From: Phoronis australis
Lineage: Eukaryota; Animalia; Phoronida
Reading direction: 5' to 3'
Length of the DNA: 64,000 bases
NCBI GenBank assembly: GCA_002633005.1
Contig: NMRA01000121.1
Span: 199,000-262,999 of the forward strand
A model generated the notes under the pieces. The model had not been told where the DNA came from and did not search any database. It worked only from the letters and a program-made list of their open reading frames with translations. Of this stretch, positions 12,601 to 22,700 are shown piece by piece; the stretch's first letter is position 1, and each line of letters opens with the position of its first letter. The translations under genes were made by a program, and so were the position numbers.

Positions 12601-13864
12601 ATGTAACCAGTGAACGTGTTGCTGCCGCAAGAAAAATGTTTGAGTTAAATTAGTGTTGTAGATGTACTTCCAGTGAATCATATGAGCCTCTGTTAGCTAC
12701 TCGCCTAATAACTGAATGGTTAGCACGCTAGCCAGTTTTATCGGGGTCGCTGGTTCGATCCCTGGGTCAGGTAATCTCGACTATTACTACAAATGGCGTA
12801 GTCGGCAAACAGATGATCTACCGATGAAGCACTGCCAACTAGTACCGTGGACCTCGGACGGCGGTCTTGGATGCATGGTGATTGTAAAAGTTCCAGAAGT
12901 GGACGACCTGTATGACAGACAACCTCGTGTTCACCTGTGTTGTGGTGGTAAAGGTATCAAGGGACAATGATGACTTGTATGCAAGACATCCAGGTGTTCA
13001 CCTTCCTGGTGGTGTGCCTGCTCTGAAGGAAAAGGGGGAATGTTTAGATGTGTTTCCGGTAAATCATATGAGCCTCTGTTAGCCACTCGCTGACAGGCAA
13101 TTGCCTACTAGCTGAATGGTTAGCACGCTTGCCAGTTTTATGGGGGTCGCTGGTTCGATCCCCGGGTCAGGTAATCTTGGCTATTACTACATTACTCTCC
13201 GATTTGACATGCTTGGAGTTATTCCGGAAGTGCCCGACAGTTGGCCATGTTGGACAGCAGTTGTATACCTTTCTCTTTATTTATTTTATAGTTGAGGGCT
13301 GATACAATGTGCCTGTGGGGTCGCTGTCTAGTTCAAAGGCCACGTCAGCAACTGCTACTTTGAACAAGTGCCAGGATAAAAAGTGATTCACCCTAGAATG
13401 ACTCAGATAGGGGACTAGGCAACGTGCCGACGCTACTGAAGAATCACCTAAATAACAGCTAAAGCCACTAAACAGTCTTAACAGGTGTTCCGCATTTTGA
13501 GAACCAGTACTAGGTTATTCAGTGGAGAAACTAAGGCGGAGTTCCCTAGACGCGATAATCAGCTAGAGGGATCACAAACTTTGCAAGTAATACATAGCGA
13601 TATCTCGCAAAGTGTTGCGTGATCTTACACTTTCACGAGTTTCTTTCGTCTACGACACACATGCCAGAAAAATACCACACCTCTCTTATTTTTTGTTCCG
13701 AACTTTTTGGCAGTTGCCAGCTCAGATTCGACTTTCTTTTCTAGGAAGTCTGACTTTTTCTGTAACATTTCTTCAATATCCCTCAGTCTCTGTATGGCTT
13801 CCTGAGGCGATGGAGCCTTCTCCATTTTCTTCCCACCGCCAAATAATTTATTTAAGAGCGACAT
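6613..13864 (-). CDS. CHMP4B: Charged multivesicular body protein 4 (Snf7/Shrub/CHMP4B-like ESCRT-III subunit), complete, 5 exons, 217 aa
   Basis: Exons 13681-13864, 9528-9705, 8831-8945, 7463-7589 and 6613-6662 total 654 nt. All introns are GT-AG with consistent phases. Translation MSLLNKLFGGGKK...QEAIQRLRDIEEMLQKKSDFLEKK...ALQALKRKKRFEKQLNQIDGT...DELNAELEELEQEELD...LKELQAWAM is a classic Snf7, with the C-terminal ALIX-binding (L/M)xxLxxW motif. Confidence 0.96.
7060..7366. repeat. Two diverged tandem copies (~180-bp period) of a purine-rich repeat; related copy at ~16080-16190
   Basis: GAAACTGGAAATCAAA...AAAAAGAGGA.ATCCTC...GGAAAATTAYGAGCCCTG.TT.TTT.ACCTG.T.GTGATTGGTCA occurs twice. Confidence 0.6.
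7463..7589 (-). CDS. CHMP4B: CHMP4 exon 4
   Basis: TTTCAG| DELNAELEELEQEELDEQLLKVPGQAELPSVPSEPVVQESRR |GTGAGA; includes the MIM2-like LPSVP. Confidence 0.94.
8831..8945 (-). CDS. CHMP4B: CHMP4 exon 3
   Basis: TGCAG| NVDDVHDLMDDIEEQNQLASEISEAISNPVGFGQDIDE |GTATGC. Confidence 0.95.
9528..9705 (-). CDS. CHMP4B: CHMP4 exon 2
   Basis: TACAG| ...ALQALKRKKRFEKQLNQIDGTMTTIEYQREALENASTNTEVLKVMNTAAKSLKAAHNN |GTAAGT. Confidence 0.95.
11944..12235. mobile_element. Fold-back MITE with long (~120-bp) imperfect inverted arms, copy 1
   Basis: TAGAGGG..CTTAGGAGGCTGTCAATGTCTTTAATTCCTTCCAACTCGAACAAA... mirrors ...TTTGTTCAAGTTGGAAGGGATTAAAGACATCGACGGCCTCCTAAGGCATCCCTCTA. A homologous copy lies at 41177-41513. 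Confidence 0.8.
12654..13191 (+). mobile_element. TRIM (miniature non-autonomous LTR retrotransposon) with tRNA-derived sequence in both LTRs (Helenus-like)
   Basis: LTR1 12654-12791 and LTR2 13041-13191 both run TGT...ACA. PBS TGGCGTAGTCGGCA at 12794-12807; PPT GAAGGAAAAGGGGGAA at 13025-13040; flanks TTAG/TTAC. Each LTR has an A-box (TARCTGAATGG) and a B-box (GGTTCGATCC). Confidence 0.85.
13681..13864 (-). CDS. CHMP4B: CHMP4 exon 1 (start codon)
   Basis: ATG at 13864; MSLLNKLFGGG...FGTKNKR; donor G|GTGTGG, phase 1. Confidence 0.93.
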
Positions 13865-14161
13865 TTTTGTGTTGTAAATCTTGCGACTTCACCTCGAGAA
13901 AATCGACAATCTCAATCTTTCCCAAAATATCATCTGACGCAGGCGTAGTAAGCACAACCAAGGTACGTTTTTCATAAAGCTATTGCATAATCTTTCTAGA
14001 ACAGTAATAGCTCGTGCTTGGGTTTTTCTTTAAGTTTAAATTAAGAATGCTTCTTTATTAATCAGAAAAACAGTTGCAGGACAGAACTTTAGTATTTTTA
14101 AAGCAAGCACACACAATTGATATTTTGGGGCATGAATCCTGGTGCCGAAATTGAGAACTAA

Positions 14162-14195
14162 TGACTCACAAGGAAGTAAATAAAGGTCACGTGAC
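14162..14195. promoter_or_regulatory. CHMP4 proximal promoter motifs: AP-1 TGACTCA, ETS AGGAAGT, CLEAR/E-box GTCACGTGAC
   Basis: Motifs at 14162-14168, 14171-14177 and 14186-14195, about 300 bp upstream of the CHMP4 ATG in CpG-rich sequence. Confidence 0.5.
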
Positions 14196-14469
14196 TTGGG
14201 AACGATCGCTGTTCCTGCACGCGGCGTACCACAGACATATAGCCGTCAGAAGCGGCCAAAACTACGAGCACCGTTTTGAGTGTATAAATGTGCTTTATTT
14301 ACGCGTAATTTCTCGTAATCTACCCGTACTTTTAGTTCTTAAACAATCATCGTCCTGCTATTAAGCAACGCGTACTTAATTAGTCTGGTTGTACTTATCA
14401 ACGCGTACCGCCTCTGTCTCGCGGACTGACCCCAGTGGAGACGATGGAGCTCATGGGAAGCTTTTATGC

Positions 14470-15110
14470 GAATTACCCCATTCACAAGAAAAATGACCCC
14501 TCACCCGTCAGTATATTACCAATAATTTCAAAACTTTATGAATGTCCAACCACTTTGCCAAAGAATCTAATAATCTTTTTAATGACTACCTTGGTGCCTT
14601 CCGTCACTGTTGGCTTTATTTGCAGCGCAGTGACGGCTTACTTCGCCTACTTGAAGACTGGCGTAAAGCCCAAGATGAACAAAAATACACTGCAGCAGTA
14701 CTCATGGATCTTTCTAAAGCTTTCAACTGCCTCCCTCACTCCCTTCTGATCTCCAAACTTAAAGCTTACAAATTTGATGACATGACCGTAGCCCAGGCTT
14801 TCTTGGGAATTATACCCACTCTCAGTTACTGGAAAGACGCGATAGTGAATCACTCAACTGGTTCGCTGTAAATGGCATGCAAGCAAATCCTGACAAATTC
14901 CAAGCAATCTGCATAGGGAAAAATTGAACACGTTCTGTAAAACCCTCTCCACTGGAAATTGCGAAATACCTTGTGAGCCGAAAGTTAAACTTCTAGAAAT
15001 AGCCATTGATATACTAACCCTAGTAACTTTTGACTCACATATTTCGAACATTTGCAAAAGAGCCTCAACAAATAAACGTTCTAAGAAGAATTGGACACCA
15101 TCTTAGAATA
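14470..15110 (+). mobile_element. Degenerate non-LTR retrotransposon reverse-transcriptase fragment (CR1/L2-like)
   Basis: Frameshifted pieces PVSILPIISKLYE, LLEDWRKAQD...AAVLMDLSKAFNCLPHSLLISKLKAY and VKLLEI.ID..TFDSHISNICKRAS match LINE RT subdomains and the downstream thumb region. Confidence 0.85.
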
Positions 15111-18100
15111 CGTTGGCCATCATTCTGTGACAATCATTCGTCAATTTATGCTCTGGTGAAATGAGCTTCCCAGGTTCAATGCGTCTTTGAAATTATTTGT
15201 CAAGCTGGACCGCGGGTGCATAGCCTATACCAGGCTCTAAAGTGAGCAATACACCGGCCACCACTTGTAACTAAAACACTTGAAAATAAAAAAAATCTCA
15301 ATTAAGTTCACTCTAAAACCACTCACGGGGTTAATAGCTCAACCAATTTGTTGCAAGTATCATGCTCCACAAAATTTACAATTTTCAAAAATTTTGCGTA
15401 AAAACTCGTTGTTTAAAAAGAGTGTAACTCGAACGCATTTAAATTTGAACATCAACTTTAAATATTAATTCCAGACTTTGGAATCCGGTTGAAAGTTCAA
15501 AAGCTCATAGACTTATATCGACAATTGAACATCCATCAACCATCTGAACTTTGCCTAGAAAAAGTACATAAACCAAATATGTAGGCCTTACACATCAATA
15601 TTTTCGTATTTACAGATAAAATATTCAGCTTGGTAACATTTGTCACACGCGCTGGGGGCTCTTTCGGCTGTCCCCAAAATAATTTTTACCCAGTCACAGA
15701 TTTTTAACTAAGTACTGACGTAACTTTAATTCTCAGCAAAATTTGCAATACGATCTTGTGCACACTTTTTAACAGTGTATTTAGTGTGCATTCATAGTGT
15801 TCATTATTTCAGTTTGTCAACTATTTTCCAACAAATTTTCACTGGGAAAGTTTTTTTTGCACTGAGACACAAATTTGCTGATGTTTCCGGCCAAATTTCA
15901 TAAGTTTAATAACACAAGGTAACTTTTGTTTACTGCAGGACTTGTAATGACTGAAAACGAGGAATTTTTCCATAAGTGACGTATAATAGTGGTTCTACGA
16001 GTACATTTATGAGACAGACATATTTTTGTTTTTTTAAAATTACCTACAAGAAATGTGTTTTTTCATGAAAAAATTAAAATAATGAGAAAAAGAGATAAAA
16101 AAAGTGGAAAATGAAAGTCAATAAGAGAAAATTCAAACCACCTGGCAAAGAAGAAATCCTATTGAAAGAGTAAAATTACAATCCCGATGCTCAATAAAAA
16201 TCCAAGCCAGACCGCTTTAGGCCAATGCGCCAGTCTAGCAGCCAATATTCTGGCATGTATTTAATCAATTACGGTATAGCCAAGTCATTTTCGGACGGCC
16301 CGCAATTTTGGGAAAACAACAATTATTTGGCAGGTGGATTTTTCGTGGTACACGGAATGAGTATAAGGCCCAAAAACATTTCTCATCAATCCACGAATTT
16401 CGGACAATGTCGCAATTATCAGATTTCTGTCCTGTGATTTTTTGACAAGGAACAAAATTGCCGCAAAGCACTGATTCGAAACTACGTAACGTTCACTTCA
16501 TCCCTCCAGAACGTTCAATAGATGATTAAAACCTTCTAAGTGCTTAAAAATCACCAATTTCATGTCAAAAGAACCAAAAAAAAACACCATCATTCGATCA
16601 ATTGTCAAATTCGAACACTTGCACACACTATCTGACAATTTTTTCAATTAGTTGATCTCGAGTTACGAGTATTTATTTGTCAACAGGTACCTAACATCGG
16701 TCAGGGACAACCAGTCATCCTACATTGTGTTTAGTACGAAAATTCGTCTGCTCCTCGTTTTCTCGTGGTTTATCGTATGACGAGGAATAGCGAGGCGTTG
16801 CGTTTTTGGTGGTTGTCATGACAACTTATTATTTACCCACGTTATGGATCTTTTTACTTTCTCGCGGGACATCGGAGATGCGTGGTATGGACACGTTTGT
16901 GTTGGAAACTACCGTGTTGATGGACATCACACACTAGACGCTGAGTAGGCCTACGTTCATACGTCGCACTAATGTTCGTGGGACTAAGAAACTTTCTGTT
17001 GAAGTTGCTTTTCTTCTATTTTCTGGTTTCTCGTGGGGATATTGAATTCACGATTGGATGTGCAGTGCTAAAGAAAGGTTTAATGATGCTGACAAAATTT
17101 ATGTAGTCACTTGCCAGAACAAGGTAAACCCCCGGTGGTTTTAAGCACTTAAAGTCTTGTCCCGAAAGGTTCAGTATCACTGGGCTGTGTTTCTATAGAC
17201 TTTACTGGTCATAGACATAGCGCTGATACGCTCCTTACTTATAGTTGTTTAATTCTTGCGTCTATCTTTTGTGTTGCGTTTTATCTGTCAAAAGAATCGA
17301 GTCCCGCACAGCGAAAATCTTTTGGTTCGCGAAATACACCGAAGGCTGCAATTTTTCGTTGTAGTACGACCGACTTGTGTTTCGGTATCGTTTGTTTTTA
17401 ATCGGTGCATTCTGTTTGATTTCCGGCCTGACATCAACTTCCGTATTTACGAAAATTCTAATAGTTTTAAAACGTCTTGTGACAATTTTTCGCGTCCTTT
17501 GCAAAAGCCATTGCACTGGGTTTTACCTCAATCGACGCGAAACATTTTTCTTCTCGCCATACGTTCATGTCTTCTCACCCAATTTCACGCTGTAATAACA
17601 GTTGAGTTATTGGTAGCAGTGGAATGAGGCATCGGCTATATCACTGAGGCCACAGCTGCATCGTGCGCGAGGGCGTTTCCTGCTGCTTTGCAGTCCAAAA
17701 AAACAGTCGCCAGACAGCAACTTTTGCTGCCGCATAGTACCGGCCTATGTAATACGCTACATTGAACGTCAGCTTCAGAAACAGCTTTGAATGAGAGGAA
17801 ATCTTTATTTAAGTAAGGAAGGAGTCACCACTGACGTCAGGAAGTTGGATTTTCTACGGACATCGCTTTTGTGAGTTGGAGCGTAAAATTTCTTATTAAA
17901 ATCGGTTGTAGTACAGAACTTCTATGCCATTACGTATTTAGCAGTAAGCCCACAGATCTCCTGTACAAATGGCGAACAGCCATCGAGTTTCACCCTTGTT
18001 TGTGCTATCATATGTGTCCATTTAGATTAGCCCGCAAAATAAAATACTTTTTGTTGTTCTGTGCAGTAAACGCAGACTACAAACTAAGATTGTACACCAT

Positions 18101-19509
18101 GCTCCGATTACACCAACAAAATCCTGTTTCACTGTAGTCCTGACCAGTTTGGCAAATATTGGCATATCGAGGGCCAATGCCGGGACTTCCGATATGTTCC
18201 CGAGGCTGCATGGATTCGCCATAGTAACCTACCGGTATTCTAGTTTGAAGCTGCCGATTTTGAATTCACCTACTCCTCCCAGAATGTGACTAAGAATATC
18301 GCAGGTAATAGCGACGAGAAAAACGCATAAAATGGACAAGAATCACAGGTTAGTGGAGGCTAATATTATATTTACAAGTAACATCATACCAGGTAACAAT
18401 GGTGACTAAGTACCAATGTCCGCACTACAATGGATGTCATCCAGCACTGCAAAAATAGTGAAAAGTTGCACAGATGTTTCGTCGACGTAAGAATCTCGCT
18501 GAAAAATCTTCGTGGTCATGTTCTTAGCTTGCAACTACATGGTGATATCTCCCGAAGTCTTGTGATCTTGTCTTTTCGCGAGATTCTCACCTTTCCAGAA
18601 CGCAGGCCAAATGTAACGGCACTTGACACTGTGTGGGATGATGTGATTCTGTTAACACAAATACCCTGAGGGACAATGATAACCCTGTCCACGAGGGTGG
18701 GTTGTGTTGCCACATGATCTTATATTTGCAGCCACAAGTCTTTACTATGGAAGGCAAATTACAGTGATTTTCATTCCACACTTCAACATTTCAACCTCAC
18801 CAAACCTGCCATTGTGCTACTGAGCTGAGGCCAACAGGTCTCGAACATGTACTCTCGCCTTTAACTCTGTGATTTCGTGTGATCTCCCTTGATTGTGGTC
18901 TATGAATGCAACCCAATTTGGGATAACTTGGACCTTAGGCTGTTATAGCTCACCTACTGGTTTGTGTTCTTGTCTCCTCTTAATTTGTGCTTTTGGACCA
19001 CCAAACTCTGGACACCATGGGTGGTGACAAGATTAACATGAATCCAGGCAACAATGTCAGGATCCTGAGCAATTCTATCTTTGTTGATTACCTTGTCAGA
19101 AAATCCTGCACAAATTTCCAAAAATGAGTAGTCTCTTGATCAGATGTAATTGCCTAACTGATGTTATCAATCTTCAAGGCTTCCCAATAGGTGCTACAGA
19201 GCTTGCTGGGATTAATGTAAATAATTCCAGTAAAAATAATTCTAGTATTCTGAAATACATGGGAATGCAGCAATTATCTAAAAGCAGCTGTGTATTAATT
19301 GAACAAGCCAATGCACACCATTTAGTATGGAATTCAAAATTACCCGTTCTCAAGACATCATCACAAAAGTCATTAGCCACAAGAACAATATCAGGTCCAG
19401 TATTAGGCAAGAGGAATTATCTGCCAGCCACTGTTATTAACAAAAATTCCTCAACATACACCAGGCCTGACATCTGGTGACATATGACTGAATTACACAG
19501 ATATCCATC

Positions 19510-19781
19510 CTAGAGAGGAAGCTTCCCTGCAATCTGTACACAGTTCATGTTACACAAAGCATCAGCTAAAGCCGCAGCAGTTGCCTTGCTAGCAAATTTC
19601 TTGCGCCATTTATCCAGCATGTCGTGTATCTTCTCATACAGTCCACCATGCTCGTTATCATGGGAGAAAGCATCCAGCTGGCCAGAAGAGAATCCTAACT
19701 GTCGGCCTAGTTCTCGCCACTTTTTACCAATATTGAGGCAGACAATATTAATGTCATCGTCTGTGATGACACGGTTAGAAT
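19510..19781 (-). CDS. RIPK1: RIPK1-like exon 11 (death domain, stop)
   Basis: TTTCAG| ...ITDDDINIVCLNIGKKWRELGRQLGFSSGQLDAFSHDNEHGGLYEKIHDMLDKWRKKFASKATAAALADAL...PL*. Confidence 0.92.
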
Positions 19782-22700
19782 CTGAAACAAATGACAAACT
19801 ATAACAAAACATTTGACACAGAGTATTACCATGCATTCACCATGTGCATCACAAATGACAGACGTACGGGTGATCATTTTTTCAAACTTTTTAAAGCACT
19901 TTAGAGCAGAGCAACTGTAGTAAATTTAAAATTAAATCTATAAGGTTCAGTGGTAGTAATCAAACAAAAAGAAAATGCAATCTTCATATTGATTGAAACA
20001 TTGGATCCATAAAATAACCAGACTGCCCATCTTGATCACCTTAATAGAAATTAATTTGACATGATCATTCTTCAAAGGGTTTGGCATCCAGTGAAGAAAA
20101 TTCCAAAAACGCATATTGAAGTGAAAAATGACCCAGAGAGGCAAAACACGCATTGGAACAGTCAAGAAATGGGCTAGCACAGTTCGCTCCAGGATAAATT
20201 CTTATGTATCAAATTACGTGAATATCCTCAATCAAATCTGAATGTAAAGAATAAAATTGCCACAAGGGGGTAACAAGGTAAGCCAAGTCTCCATCAACAG
20301 AAACACCATTGTCAAATTTCATAGCAATTATTCAAACTGTATAGGGAACTCGACTCCAGTCACGGAAATACATGAGGATAGTTGAGGATTTTCATTGAAA
20401 CACGTAGTTTGACCACAGAAAAGGAGAAAACAGCAAAACATGTTAAGACATTGCTTAATGGGAAAATTGTCATCTGTGTGAAGTAAATACATTGTTCTGA
20501 AGGACTCTAATACACCCACTGAATAACATGAATTCCACTGAAGAATTTGATAAGATTTTAAAGCAGACCAACCGAGAACAAAATTACCACTACGGGGGCA
20601 CATCAGAAATCAGAATCATTCAAAAAACAACCATCACCCATACAGAGGCTGAATTAAAAAATTTAAATTGTCACAAGGGGGATAGCAGTATTCGGATCAG
20701 TGCAAAAATCAATGTCAGCTATACTCTCATCACTCCAATTGTCGCATTTAATGGGGATCCTTGATTGGGCTAAACAGGCAGGCACAAGAAATCTAAAATT
20801 TCACTTGGAGGCAAAACAATGTTTGGATGTGTGCCAAAATCACCATCAGCCATGCTCTCTTCAGTAGAAACGTATCTTTTTAAATTTATTAATGATTCTT
20901 ACACAAACTTGGAAACTACATTATTAGTGCGACAAGTACACAAAGATAGCAACTGACGTCCAATTAGCCCGAAAATCGTAGGCCATGCTCAATTCATTAG
21001 GAGCTTGTGTCCCTGCAAATGGATGTATCTGACAACCGTTGTGCCCCGTCACATTCATAGGAATACACTTGTCAAATTTCACAAACATCCAACTAATGGT
21101 TACAAGATACACTTGCCGATGGAAAAAATGCTGCAAGAGGCAAATACAGTAGTCCGAGTCGCCCAAAATTGCCAGTCTTGTCAGTTGAAACACGCAAAGT
21201 TATCTGCCAATTTTCACAATGCTGCTTTTGAGTGTTAGTCAGATACTACAGCGGGACCACAAAAAATTTCCGAAAATTAATAAAAATCGAATTGATGCAA
21301 AGCTTATCGTCATCTGTCATCTGGTTCTACATCTGCCAAATCTCATTAAAATCCTGCAAGGGTGTGAAAAGTGCTGCAGTAGATGATTAAAGACGAGCAC
21401 CCTGACAGCCGTGATGGCAATAGACATCCACATTATATAATGTGAATGCACGAAGTTCATCTCACTTAAACTGTACATTGTCTTTATTCAGACAATGTAT
21501 TATTTGACTGTTGCCAATTTTCACAATCATCCTTAGAGCGATTTGGTTGATAGGGGGTGGACGCCAAAAAACAGGCTCTAAAATAGCAAAAATGGCCACT
21601 AGGTTGCGCAAACTACACCAAATCCATCCAAAAACAGGAGGACAGCATCATCTCACTAATAGATGCTCATATGCCAAATTTTATGAAAATACCTTGAGGA
21701 CCTTTGAAGATACAGAGGTAAGCGTAAAAAACTAAAATTGCCACTAGGGGCCACACCGGTAGTCGGATCCGTCTGAAATTTCCCTCATGCCGTCCTATCC
21801 ATGAAATAAACACGTGCAAAATTTCGTGAACACATGTTAAAGGGTTTTGGAGATAGACCAGCAGACGCAAGACAGACGGACGGAAATGACAGCATAATGC
21901 GTCCACATATAAATATGTGGGCGCATAACAATCGAGTTTTAGAAGCCCTTGCTAGGGGTTTAGCATACTATCAGACATATAGGGCTTCCCGATGCAGTTA
22001 ATCAGGTTTTTAACACAACTGATATTAATACACAAACACACAAACACAAACACACAAAGAGGGAACTTACCAGTTACATCCACTTCAACTTGAGTTTTTT
22101 GTTTTCTTTTGCCACTTTCGGAGACGGGAAATGGAAAACCAGAAGAGAATGGCGCTGCATTGAATGACGCTGCACCCGACGACCCACCATTTCTTGGCAA
22201 GATGATATGCATTGTATTCCCGTCACCAATTTGTATGTTTCCAGCGCCACTATAATTATGGATGGTCGTCCTACCTCCACTTCCTTTAAAGACAAAATAC
22301 ATGGTATAACTAGTTATGATACTATTCATAACAGTAACAGTACAGATAATTACAACTGTCAGTGAATCTCCAAAGGTATTACACTAATAGTTCATTTGCA
22401 GCAATGTGCTATTTTAGAAGCAATGGTTCAATTACTCCCGTTTTCCAATGCACTGAAAGTTTCACCTCCAAAGTTGAGTAAGGCGATATAGCATACAGTC
22501 TGAAGTCAAGTTGGCTTTCACACTACATCGCCAGTTTTGCATGATTATTATCTCAACTTTTCATCTACAGTCAAACGTGAAAATGCAGTGCAACAAAAAT
22601 TATTCCTGACCACTTCAGGGTTACAACTTTTAAGCTTGTGACGTTGTTGCCCTACCCTATGCTGAATTTGAACCCCGATACTGTAAAAGGTGTTAGTTTT

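Noticed and set aside
12703-13172. Two tRNA-like sequences as real tRNA genes
   Set aside because: The acceptor and anticodon stems are defective, and both lie inside the LTRs of the TRIM.
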